64,000 nucleotides of DNA from a virus, in IMG/VR virus record IMGVR_UViG_3300010384_000005; one strand, given 5' to 3'. Position 1 is the stretch's first letter, and the number at the start of each line of letters is the position of its first letter. Under the pieces are notes generated by a model that saw only the letters and a program-made list of their open reading frames with translations, made no database searches and was not told the origin of the DNA. Made by a program: the position numbers and the translations under genes. Below are positions 45,366 to 53,968 of this stretch, piece by piece.

Positions 45366-46565
45366 ATGCTAACGCTTTGGTTTTATATTTCCGCCGCAAT
45401 ATTCTATCTGGCGTTAGCAGGACTGCTTCATCCTCGTGGAAGGGCTATTTTCCAAAGTGCCTTTCTATCTGATGGAGGGGTTCAGTCTCTGGATGGCCTC
45501 CGCGGTCTTTCGGCCTTCTGGGTAATGGTCGGGCACATCGCGCCATTTCTCTTCGTGAGCAATGTCGTCTTGATATCAGGCCCTAAGGCTGTGGCTATCT
45601 TTGCTGTCCTGAGTGGCTTTTTGATTTACGGATCAGCCTCCAAAATCAGGGATATGGATGATCTTCGGAATTTCGTCGTCAGGCGATTTTTCAGGATTTA
45701 CCCGGTCTATGCCATTTCGCTGATTTTGATCGTAGTCTTTTTCTGGGATCGATCATTCACGGTGGCGCGGTTCGTCGGCGATGTGCTGATGTTTCGCTCA
45801 CTCGGGTCGCCGACTTTCGCTAGTTCGTACACTTGGAGCGTGTTCCCAGAAGTGCTGTTCTATGCGGTGATCCCGGCCTATGTCCCATTTGGGCTGAAGT
45901 GGGGATGGAAAGCCGCCGTTCCAGCCGCGATCCTGCTTTCATATGGCTCAATCTACGGCCAGTTGGATTTTCGGATCTGGCAGTATTTCTTTGTGGGTAT
46001 CGCCCTAGCCGATATTGTCCCAAAGACTGTCGATCTCCCGAAGTCGTGGGCGGAAATGGCGCTTCTGGCGGGGATAGGACTTCTCGCTCTCGATCTCTAC
46101 GTTGATTGGGGATGGGTGCTCTTCAACGGGATGAGCCAGCTTTTCGGCACGGAATATTTTGCGGATACGTTCAAGCAAAATAATCGGTTCACTTTTGGTC
46201 TTGGGGTGGCGGCGGCTCTGATTGTGTTCGGGGCAGTTCGATCTTCGATAGGTCGGCGCATCCTCTCATCGGCACCATTGGTGTTTTTAGGGAAGATTTC
46301 ATACAGCCTCTTTGTGCTGCACGCGATCATCCTCTGCATTTACTTGCGAGGATATTTTCATGTGTCCTTCGAATGGCATCAGTATGCCTTTGTAAAGGAA
46401 TTTATACAGCCCACGATCCGCCTTCGAGAGCTTGGGCTGATTCTGCTACCCTCGATCTTCACGACGGCAACAATCTCATACCTATTGATCGAGAAGCCTC
46501 TGATCGACTTCAGCCATCGAGGATCTAAGTCGAAAGCCATGCAGCAAGCTCCAAGTAGGGCCTGA
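45366..46565 (+). CDS. Acyltransferase-3 (OafA/YrhL family) membrane O-acyltransferase
   Basis: SLDGLRGLSA..V...H, F.VLSGFLI, RRFFRIYP, WS...E..FY, LGKISYSLF.LH. About 10 TM segments. Confidence 0.9.
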   Translation: MLTLWFYISAAIFYLALAGLLHPRGRAIFQSAFLSDGGVQSLDGLRGLSAFWVMVGHIAPFLFVSNVVLISGPKAVAIFAVLSGFLIYGSASKIRDMDDLRNFVVRRFFRIYPVYAISLILIVVFFWDRSFTVARFVGDVLMFRSLGSPTFASSYTWSVFPEVLFYAVIPAYVPFGLKWGWKAAVPAAILLSYGSIYGQLDFRIWQYFFVGIALADIVPKTVDLPKSWAEMALLAGIGLLALDLYVDWGWVLFNGMSQLFGTEYFADTFKQNNRFTFGLGVAAALIVFGAVRSSIGRRILSSAPLVFLGKISYSLFVLHAIILCIYLRGYFHVSFEWHQYAFVKEFIQPTIRLRELGLILLPSIFTTATISYLLIEKPLIDFSHRGSKSKAMQQAPSRA

Positions 46566-46597
46566 TTTCTTTTCTACACAATTTGGTTGAGGCAACG

Positions 46598-47545
46598 ATG
46601 TCCACAACATCGATCAATGGCGATTGCCCGATTTTCAACGGCAATTTCGACAAATGGCAGCGAGGAGTCTCGCAGACCGGTTCTGGCTACGGCTCCGATG
46701 ACGCTTGGTTGAACGATAGCAACGGCTCGACGAAGACGCATAGTCAGCAGATGTATCCGGTTGGCCAGAGCAATGTACCTGGAAATCCGCGGTATTTCTC
46801 GCAGACAATATTCAACAGCCTCAGCGGGGCGATGAACTATGTCCGCAAATCGTTCCGAATGGAGAATGTGCGGAATTTTCAGGGGCAGCAGGCGACGCTG
46901 ACGTTTTATGCGCAGGCCGATAGCCAGCGGCCGATTGCGGTTGAGCTTGTCCAGAATTTCGGGACCGGTGGCAATCCCGATGTCACCGTTACCGGGATCG
47001 GTTCGCAGAAGGTGGCGATCGCTCCGGGAGGGATGAACCGCTACGATGTGCTCTTCGATGTCCCGAGCATCGCAGGCAAGTATCTCGGCACGAACGAGGA
47101 CAGCTATCTCGAAGCGGTGTTCTGGTTTGACGCTGGCACGAATTTCAATGTCAGGACGGCCAATCTCGGGCAGCAGAGCGGATCGATCTCGCTTGGAAGG
47201 GTGTCCATTGGACCAGGCGATCAGCGGCCCAACCCAGATCCGTATAATGCTTTGCCTCTTAGCGTCCTCGATCTGGAATGTCGGCGTCGATTTCTAGTAC
47301 TCAATAGCCTACTTTTGCAGGGCTATGGGTCGGCAGGCAGCTATATAGGGCAGTCGTTCATCATTCCAGTTTTGATGCGGGCAGCGCCGATTCCAACTGT
47401 GACATCAGACTTCTACATAAATTCATCTACCCTGTATGTTGGCAATCTCGCCATGCCCCAACAGCCTCTGAGGCTTCAGGTGACGGTCACGACAACTGGT
47501 TTCGCCTCGGCCCAGTTCAATGCGTTTCTGAACGCGGATCTCTAA
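46598..47545 (+). CDS. Carbohydrate-binding-like protein related to phage fibre C-terminal domains
   Basis: FNGNFDKWQRG...Y..D.W...GQQATLTFYAQAD....V.L.Q.FGTGG...CRR.F pattern. Confidence 0.68.
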   Translation: MSTTSINGDCPIFNGNFDKWQRGVSQTGSGYGSDDAWLNDSNGSTKTHSQQMYPVGQSNVPGNPRYFSQTIFNSLSGAMNYVRKSFRMENVRNFQGQQATLTFYAQADSQRPIAVELVQNFGTGGNPDVTVTGIGSQKVAIAPGGMNRYDVLFDVPSIAGKYLGTNEDSYLEAVFWFDAGTNFNVRTANLGQQSGSISLGRVSIGPGDQRPNPDPYNALPLSVLDLECRRRFLVLNSLLLQGYGSAGSYIGQSFIIPVLMRAAPIPTVTSDFYINSSTLYVGNLAMPQQPLRLQVTVTTTGFASAQFNAFLNADL

Positions 47546-47547
47546 TC

Positions 47548-48651
47548 ATGGCTGCTTGGGCTGAAACGCTCGCGGTCACGAATGCTGGGGCAACGGTGTC
47601 TACCCTCACGCCAGCGCTGACAACGATCTATGCGCCCACATCGGCAGCTTGGGGCTATTCCCACGCGCCGTTCCTGACAATGTTCGCCAACTGCTTCTTT
47701 GTCATGTTCGCGAACGGGCCGAATGGGGAGGCATATCCGGGGCAGCGGGTTTACATCCGCAAGAGTACGGATTTTTCGAACTGGTCCGATGCCGTCATGA
47801 TCGGGCCTCAAAACGGGTATTTCACCCAACGCGTTCTGATCTCCGCAGGGTTTCGACAGGTAGGCTCGAAGCTCTATGCTTTCTACTCGGTCTTTGAATA
47901 CGATCCTCGCGTGCTGACCAATGGAGCGCCGCCTGCTGGCGATGTCGGGTATCTCTACGTCAAGACCTATTGGATTTCGACATCGGATGGCGTTTCGTGG
48001 AGCGCGCCGGTCGAGCTTGGTCCGAATATGGAACCGAACCGACAGCCTAAGGCACTGGCGAGTGGACGGCTGGTCATGGCGGGGCACACGACATTTCCTT
48101 GGACCGATCAAGGCGACGGCCTTAGCGGCTGGCAGATCGCAGGGATTTGCCCGTCGATACCGAGCGACGATGCTTCGACCATCCTCGAAGCGCAGGCGAT
48201 TAAGGCTTGGGATCAGACGCTCTGCGAAGGGGATTTTTATCAGCTCCCATCTGGCGAGATCCGGATGCTGCTTCGCTCGACGGAAGACTACCTCTGGATG
48301 ACGCGGAGTTTCGACAATGGCCTTAGCTGGTCGCAGCCGGGTCGGACGAACTTCGGGCACGGAACCTCGAAATTCGATGCTGGCCGGCTGGCGGATGGCC
48401 GCTACTATGTTCTGGGCAATCCGCCGATCGGCAACCGCGACTATCTTTCGCTCTGGCTTTCCGCAGACGGAGCGAGCTTTACCAAGCGGTATGACGTGGC
48501 GACGGCGCCATACACTGTTCAATTCCCCGGCAGGTCGAAATACGGCGCCTACGGCTATCCTAGCCTGCTGCAATACAACGGAACGCTCTATGCCGTCGCA
48601 TCGCGCGGCAAGGAAGCCATAGCGGGATATTCGTTCCCGGTTCCTGCCTAA
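47548..48651 (+). CDS. Sialidase/BNR (Asp-box) beta-propeller glycoside hydrolase
   Basis: Asp boxes STDFSNWS, STSDGVSWS, SFDNGLSWS, SADGASFT, and a terminal YGYPS. Confidence 0.8.
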   Translation: MAAWAETLAVTNAGATVSTLTPALTTIYAPTSAAWGYSHAPFLTMFANCFFVMFANGPNGEAYPGQRVYIRKSTDFSNWSDAVMIGPQNGYFTQRVLISAGFRQVGSKLYAFYSVFEYDPRVLTNGAPPAGDVGYLYVKTYWISTSDGVSWSAPVELGPNMEPNRQPKALASGRLVMAGHTTFPWTDQGDGLSGWQIAGICPSIPSDDASTILEAQAIKAWDQTLCEGDFYQLPSGEIRMLLRSTEDYLWMTRSFDNGLSWSQPGRTNFGHGTSKFDAGRLADGRYYVLGNPPIGNRDYLSLWLSADGASFTKRYDVATAPYTVQFPGRSKYGAYGYPSLLQYNGTLYAVASRGKEAIAGYSFPVPA

Positions 48652-48672
48652 ATCATCACATCGGAGTCTATT

Positions 48673-49191
48673 ATGACGGACCTGTTTCCTCAGGCGCTGG
48701 CGAAGGTGCTTGTCAGCGAGGGTGGCTTCTCTAATGATCCTCAGGATCCCGGCGGCGCCACCAACAAGGGCATTATCCAGTCCGAATATGACAAGTACCG
48801 CTGGTCAAAGAAGCTCGGCGTCCGATCGGTGAAGTTCATCACGGATGCAGAAGTTTCGGATATTTACCGGAACAGCTATTGGCTGGCCGGTAAATGCGAT
48901 CAGATGCCCGCTGGCGTCTCCTACGTCCAGTTTGACGGCAATGTGAACTCTGGCCTCAGCCAGTCGGCAAAATGGTTACAGCGCGCCCTTGGCGTTGCTG
49001 ATGATGGCGTCATTGGTCCCAAGACCTTGGCCGCGCTCAATGCCTTCCCGAACAAAGACGCGCTGATCGACAATATTTGCGACCAACGCCTGAAGTTCCT
49101 CCAATCGCTCAAGACATGGCCTCACTTCGGAAAAGGGTGGGGTGCCCGCGTCGCTCAAGTCAGAGCGACCGGTAAGGCTTGGGCGCAATAA
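48673..49191 (+). CDS. Endolysin, glycoside hydrolase family 108 with PG-binding domain
   Basis: SEGGFSNDPQDPGGATNKGI...YW...LQRALGVADDGVIGPKT...FGKGW..RV. Confidence 0.9.
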   Translation: MTDLFPQALAKVLVSEGGFSNDPQDPGGATNKGIIQSEYDKYRWSKKLGVRSVKFITDAEVSDIYRNSYWLAGKCDQMPAGVSYVQFDGNVNSGLSQSAKWLQRALGVADDGVIGPKTLAALNAFPNKDALIDNICDQRLKFLQSLKTWPHFGKGWGARVAQVRATGKAWAQ

Positions 49192-49218
49192 GCCCCCTCA
49201 ACATCAAAGGATAATCCC

Positions 49219-49605
49219 ATGCGTATCATAGGCTTGGTGGCAGTCGCCGCCATGACGATCTCGCTCGGCTCTTGTGCAGCCCTGCAGAAGCTTTCCAGCA
49301 CTGAAGTCCCCTATAGCTCCATCCTCGTCGCTGCAAATGGCGTGGATGCGGCGGAAACGACTGCGAAGAACTATATCGTGCTCTGCACGCCGAATCCGGC
49401 CCCGAAAGGCTGCGATGACGCCCTGATCAAGAACAAGATCGTTCCGGCCGTGAAAAATGCTCGCACGGCTCGTGACGCAGCGCTGAAGTTCGTCAACGAC
49501 AATCCGAACGCCAAGTTCGGCCCTGCGACACTGACAAGTGCGGTTTCTACCGCCGTCGGCACGCTGCAGACGATCCTCTCCCAAAACAACATCTCTTCGA
49601 ACTAA
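49219..49605 (+). CDS. Lipoprotein in the lysis cassette (possible o-spanin)
   Basis: Lipobox LGSC after a hydrophobic leader, immediately after the endolysin. Confidence 0.7.
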   Translation: MRIIGLVAVAAMTISLGSCAALQKLSSTEVPYSSILVAANGVDAAETTAKNYIVLCTPNPAPKGCDDALIKNKIVPAVKNARTARDAALKFVNDNPNAKFGPATLTSAVSTAVGTLQTILSQNNISSN

Positions 49606-49617
49606 CAGGAGCTTCCG

Positions 49618-49938
49618 ATGAACATTCAGCTCATCGCATCCTTTCTTTCCATGCTGCTTGCGGTCATCCCGCAGATGACCAACTCTCAGGCCGTCAACAG
49701 CGTTGTGACCTGGCTTGAACAGATCATTCCGACGCTTGTTCAGGAATATCAGGATCTGCTTCCGACCGTGAAGAACATCATCGCTCTTCTGAAGTCGAAC
49801 GCTGCCGTTACCCCTGAGCAGGTTGCAACGCTCCAAGCTCAGGAAGTCGTCATCGACAAAGCATTCGACGATGCCTTGGCAGCCTACCTCGCAAACCATC
49901 CCGATCCAGCGCCGGCTCCCGCCGCTTCTGCCAGTTGA
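49618..49938 (+). CDS. Helical membrane-anchored protein in the lysis cassette
   Basis: Hydrophobic N-terminus, amphipathic helices, AGGAG RBS. Confidence 0.68.
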   Translation: MNIQLIASFLSMLLAVIPQMTNSQAVNSVVTWLEQIIPTLVQEYQDLLPTVKNIIALLKSNAAVTPEQVATLQAQEVVIDKAFDDALAAYLANHPDPAPAPAASAS

Positions 49939-49963
49939 AGCTCCATCAAAGGAGGTCTTGAAA

Positions 49964-50308
49964 ATGGCCGACACCCAAACTCAAATCAAAGCTCAGATGG
50001 CCGATGCAGTTGCTTCGGCTGTTGCCAATCCCAAGGTGCAGGCGGAACTTTCAGCGGTGCCGGCGATCATTGACGCCCTGACTCCCGTTGTCGATGCCAT
50101 TCTGCATTCGACCAACAACGAACCTTGGTACAAAAGCCGAGTTGTCTGGGGGCAGATCATTACAGTGGTTGGTCTGATCGCCTCGGCTGCTGGCCTCAAT
50201 ATGGGCGCTACCACACAGGAGATCCTCATCTCGCTAGGCGTGACGCTCTCCGGCCCCGCTATCGCGCTGTGGGGCCGCTACGTGGCGAAGAAACCGCTCG
50301 GTTCATGA
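49964..50308 (+). CDS. Holin-like membrane protein
   Basis: PWYKSRVVWG then two TM helices and a basic C-tail. AGGAGG RBS. Confidence 0.7.
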   Translation: MADTQTQIKAQMADAVASAVANPKVQAELSAVPAIIDALTPVVDAILHSTNNEPWYKSRVVWGQIITVVGLIASAAGLNMGATTQEILISLGVTLSGPAIALWGRYVAKKPLGS

Positions 50309-50403
50309 TCGCACGCCTCCAGCTTCTCGGAGCCATCATCTTCATAGCCACGCTGGCGGTAGGTATTCTGCTGGCGTGGCATTCCGTTCTCCTCGGGCTT
50401 TGA
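50305..50403 (+). CDS. Very small membrane protein (32 aa)
   Basis: MIARLQLLGAIIFIATLAVGILLAWHSVLLGL, ATGA coupling. Confidence 0.45.
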   Translation: MIARLQLLGAIIFIATLAVGILLAWHSVLLGL

Positions 50404-50407
50404 AAGA

Positions 50408-50791
50408 ATGCCAATGCCACCAATCACGCGAGATGCGGCCCTTCACCAACAGCTCGGAGAGCTTATCGCGGGCATGCGGGCAATTCAGGAAACAAATCAT
50501 CGCCTAGAGGAGATGATTCAGAAATCGGACGAAAAATCAGACGCTAGCCGAGCCTCAATGCATAAGCGGATGGATGATTTCGGCGATCGAATTGCCAAGG
50601 TGGAGAACACTTCCCTCGAAACGGCCAAAACCGTCGAGAAAATGAAGCCTACCGTAGATGAGGTCCATGCATGGAAGCAGCGCGGCATAGGAGCGCTTTT
50701 CATCGTGGGCATAGGGGCATCGGCCCTCACGTTTCTGTTAACAACATACTTTTCTAATATTATTTCGTGGCTGACCAAGACTGGTCCGTAA
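50408..50791 (+). CDS. Coiled-coil protein with C-terminal TM helix (DUF1515/XhlA-like)
   Basis: SRASMHKRMD...W+..G.G.L..VG pattern typical of rhizobial phage lysis regions. Confidence 0.68.
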   Translation: MPMPPITRDAALHQQLGELIAGMRAIQETNHRLEEMIQKSDEKSDASRASMHKRMDDFGDRIAKVENTSLETAKTVEKMKPTVDEVHAWKQRGIGALFIVGIGASALTFLLTTYFSNIISWLTKTGP

Positions 50792-50845
50792 TTTTGCGCG
50801 CCCGTCACAATTTCCGTTTCCGATTGACTTGACAAAGGGCGACAT

Positions 50846-52090
50846 ATGCCAACACCTCCATTGAAAGACGAAGACTGCCTCTATGGCCTTGAGCTGGTGA
50901 AGACCCACAAGACGATCCAGGCTGCCTCAAGAGCCACTGGACTTGATTGGCATTGGATAATGCGTCGGGTGAGAGAGGCCAAGCGGCGCAACCTTTCAAA
51001 AGATACCCCAGCACCTCCGAAACTCCAACCAGAAGCTTCCCGCGCCGAAGTCCGTGACGCCGCTTTCTGGCGCAAGAAACACTCAGTATCCGAGAAGGAG
51101 CTTGCAGATGCCGAGCATCTGGTTTCGGAGCTTTCCGGTATTCGCGGTCTGCCATTCACCATCCCAGATTGGATATTGGATACACGCACCGGCCGGCGCG
51201 GCAAGAGTGTAATCGGGGCGCTCGTTTCCGACATCCATATGGGTGAGGTAATCTCTGCCGAAGAAATTCTCGGGATCAATGCCTTCAACCCGGAGATCTG
51301 CCGCCAGAGGCTGCGCCGGTATTTCGCTGCAGTCTGCACGATCGGTCAGCGATGGGCTTCGGACACGGATTGCGAAGGCGTTCTCCTCGCGCTTGCCGGC
51401 GATCTGATCAGCGGCGACATCCACGACGAACTAAAGATGACGAACGCCCTGACATCGCATGAGCAATGCTTGGCGGTCGCAGAGGAGTGCGTTGCGGGCA
51501 TCCGGCATCTCCGGGATACCTATGGCCGGGTTCATGTCGTCGGAGTTCCTGGCAACCATGGGCGTACCACTCATAAGCCGACTGCCAAGCTCTACGCTCG
51601 CCTGTCCTATGACAGTCTGATCGTTTCGATGATTGCCCAGCGCTTCGAGGGGGACGATAGGGTGACGTTCCAGCAGAGCGATGCCAAAGACCAGATCACG
51701 CCGGTTTTCGGAAGAATAGTCTTCAGCTCGCATGGTGATAAAATTGGGACCAAGGGCGGCATGGGGTTTGCCGGCCCGATGCTTCCGATTGTCCGCGGCT
51801 CTAAGAAGATCGACGCGCAACAGGCCGGTATCGGTCGGAAGCCCGATCTCATCCAATTTGGGCACTATCATACGACGGGGAATCCGGGGAACGTCCTATC
51901 GAATGGTTCCGTTGTTGGGTACTCAGAATATGCAGATGACCTTCGCGCCGTCGTAGAGCCTCCGCAGCAATGGATGTATCTCTTGCATAGCAAATGGTTT
52001 CTTAGGGAAAGAATGCCTGTTCAGCTTGAAGACCCCATGGTGCCACCTAAGCCTAGCGTCAGGGTTCCCGCCGGCTGGCACACAGCGTAA
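50846..52090 (+). CDS. Calcineurin-like metallophosphoesterase with N-terminal HTH
   Basis: SDIHMGE, AGDLISG, PGNHGR, HGD, FGHYH: all five metal-binding motifs. Confidence 0.85.
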   Translation: MPTPPLKDEDCLYGLELVKTHKTIQAASRATGLDWHWIMRRVREAKRRNLSKDTPAPPKLQPEASRAEVRDAAFWRKKHSVSEKELADAEHLVSELSGIRGLPFTIPDWILDTRTGRRGKSVIGALVSDIHMGEVISAEEILGINAFNPEICRQRLRRYFAAVCTIGQRWASDTDCEGVLLALAGDLISGDIHDELKMTNALTSHEQCLAVAEECVAGIRHLRDTYGRVHVVGVPGNHGRTTHKPTAKLYARLSYDSLIVSMIAQRFEGDDRVTFQQSDAKDQITPVFGRIVFSSHGDKIGTKGGMGFAGPMLPIVRGSKKIDAQQAGIGRKPDLIQFGHYHTTGNPGNVLSNGSVVGYSEYADDLRAVVEPPQQWMYLLHSKWFLRERMPVQLEDPMVPPKPSVRVPAGWHTA

Positions 52091-52193
52091 AGAGAATCTC
52101 AATTGAGGCAACGGCAACCATCGCCATTGTCGCTTCTGATGTTCCTGATCCTCTGCCTCGTCCTAATCATCCTGCGGAAAGGGCCATCGTCTC

Positions 52194-52367
52194 ATGGAAA
52201 AGACGCTAGACGATCCCCCACCCGAGATCAGAATCGTCGTCCGCATGGAAGGCGACAAACCCACCTATGAATTCCGTATCGGCAACCTGTCATACGGAAA
52301 AGTGCCTGCACAGTGGATTGTGGAAGCCATCCGCGAATTCTCTGGCGCTCTCAGGTGGGTGAAATGA
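52194..52367 (+). CDS. Small hypothetical protein (57 aa)
   Basis: Manual translation MEKTLDDPPPEIRIVVRMEGDKPTYEFRIGNLSYGKVPAQWIVEAIREFSGALRWVK, coupled to the next gene. Confidence 0.55.
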   Translation: MEKTLDDPPPEIRIVVRMEGDKPTYEFRIGNLSYGKVPAQWIVEAIREFSGALRWVK

Positions 52368-52582
52368 TCGGCGACCGGTACTGCCCGCTCTGTCATGGAT
52401 CGGGGCTGATCCGATCTCCCGATACTGGATTTTCAGTATGCGAACGGCCTATGTCGGCCGTTCCTAAGCCGCTTCCTGATTTTGATGAGGAATGGCACGC
52501 ATTATCCCTATCCGATGATAATTCGGACGAAAAAGGGATAAATGCCGATCCGAAGCCCGCGGCTAAGCCGTCCCGTCCCTGA
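52364..52582 (+). CDS. Small CxxCxGxG protein
   Basis: YCPLCHGSG motif, ATGA coupling. Confidence 0.5.
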   Translation: MIGDRYCPLCHGSGLIRSPDTGFSVCERPMSAVPKPLPDFDEEWHALSLSDDNSDEKGINADPKPAAKPSRP

Positions 52583-53000
52583 GTCTATCGCGCTCCTTGG
52601 CTTCGATCTGAATTCTCTCCTTATAATCATCCGTCCCAAACTCGTCGCGCATGACAAAGCCTCCCTGGCGGAGCTGCAGCCGTGTCGTCTTCGAATGATG
52701 GGAAAGCAGTTCCGTAAAAGCCCTCTGGGCCGCGACTACGTTATTCATCCCGCCTAAGCGCTCCTTACGCCGGCCGTCTTCCACATAGACTTCATCGATC
52801 GAATAGTTGAAGCGATCACCGAAGAAGTTATCCTTCTCCGACCCCGGAAGAACATAAACGGCAGCCTCTCTTCCCACGTCACAAAAATAGATTCGCTCTT
52901 TGCCATATATCCAGACGATGCGCTCGCCATGGCCTCTACGAGCCTTGGAGCATACCTGCCATTCGCCGTTGAAATTGATAAGCCGATAGTCGCGGGGCAT
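52563..53000 (-). CDS. Hypothetical protein
   Basis: 145-aa ORF ending the leftward run and converging on the late operon. Confidence 0.55.
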   Translation of the reverse strand: MPRDYRLINFNGEWQVCSKARRGHGERIVWIYGKERIYFCDVGREAAVYVLPGSEKDNFFGDRFNYSIDEVYVEDGRRKERLGGMNNVVAAQRAFTELLSHHSKTTRLQLRQGGFVMRDEFGTDDYKERIQIEAKERDRLRDGTA

Positions 53001-53069
53001 CTTTCCACCTCAATCTTTGAGTTTGCCGCCGCCCTGATCGTTCTCACTATGTTCCTGTTTTGGGTGGAG

Positions 53070-53318
53070 TCAAGTTTCCAACTTGAAGGGCCTAAAATTC
53101 TTCGCGGCCAAGATGTTGTTCTTGAGAAGATCGAGATATTCAGGATATGCCTGCGCGTCAGGGAAGCAACCGGCGCTATAGGCTTCGTTATAGGCTTGGG
53201 CGAGTTCTTCTCTAGCCTTTAAAATCCATGCTTCTGACACATCATCGCCAATGCCGTTAAGATAATTGCAAAGCGCGGCATCTAGACGCCACATTGCATT
53301 GGTCTGGCGTTCGTTCAT
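53070..53318 (-). CDS. Hypothetical protein
   Basis: MNERQ start with GGAG RBS, coupled to the upstream gene. Confidence 0.6.
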   Translation of the reverse strand: MNERQTNAMWRLDAALCNYLNGIGDDVSEAWILKAREELAQAYNEAYSAGCFPDAQAYPEYLDLLKNNILAAKNFRPFKLET

Positions 53319-53521
53319 CTCACCGTCTCCTTCTTGCTTTTGCATGAAGAGGATCTGATGCCCTGCGCAGCAAGCCAAACCGCAAAGCATAAGCAAAATG
53401 CGCTAATGCCGAAATCAGCATAGGCAAAACCCATGCTATTGGCGCTGGCGTTTGCTGTGCCTGCCGCAAGGGCCATCATCGCCATAAAGAATTGCACGAC
53501 AACTAAGTGTGCCGTCTTCAT
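53315..53521 (-). CDS. Small membrane protein
   Basis: Two hydrophobic segments, coupled. Confidence 0.55.
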   Translation of the reverse strand: MKTAHLVVVQFFMAMMALAAGTANASANSMGFAYADFGISAFCLCFAVWLAAQGIRSSSCKSKKETVR

Positions 53522-53820
53522 CCCACCGTCTCCTTGCCTTCCTGAAGAGCCGCATCGATCATCTGTTGCCATGCATCCCTAAGTTCGCCATCAGAAACTG
53601 GATTCCCGTCGTTCCATAGCCAATTCTTCATGGCCGGGGCATTGAGCATATCGGATGTCGGCTCTCGTATTGCCTCAATGGCGTCACGAGCGGCGTCTTC
53701 CCAGTCCTTCCATGTTTGGGCGACAAGCAGATCAATGGATTGATACCCCCTTTCTTCTGCGGTCCAATTTCCGATTTCTCTCTTGGCTATTGCCCGCGCC
53801 ACGCGCTCAATCATCGTCAT
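53518..53820 (-). CDS. Conserved phage hypothetical protein
   Basis: MIERVARAI...AR.AIEA.REPT..M...W..MIDAAL, AGGAG RBS. Confidence 0.75.
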   Translation of the reverse strand: MTMIERVARAIAKREIGNWTAEERGYQSIDLLVAQTWKDWEDAARDAIEAIREPTSDMLNAPAMKNWLWNDGNPVSDGELRDAWQQMIDAALQEGKETVG

Positions 53821-53842
53821 ATGTGGTCTCCTAGAACAGGCA

Positions 53843-53968
53843 GGTAACGGCCCTGGTAACGGGCGGTAACGCCGTTGTCGTAAGTAGCCGTTTCTGCATT
53901 GAAATTCGATTTACCATGGTTAAGGCTTTGTTATTCTCGAAACATTGATTTTATTTATTGTCGTTACC
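53843..53968. other. Putative attP site
   Basis: GGTAACG at 53843, 53855 and 53865 and inverted CGTTACC at 53962 (arm-like) flank an AT-rich core at the 3' end of the integrase. Confidence 0.55.

Noticed and set aside
53839-53872. GGCAGGTAAC...GGTAAC repeats as a second pentamer array
   Set aside because: Spacing is 12 and 10 nt with an invariant 7-mer and an inverted copy at 53962. This fits integrase arm sites better.
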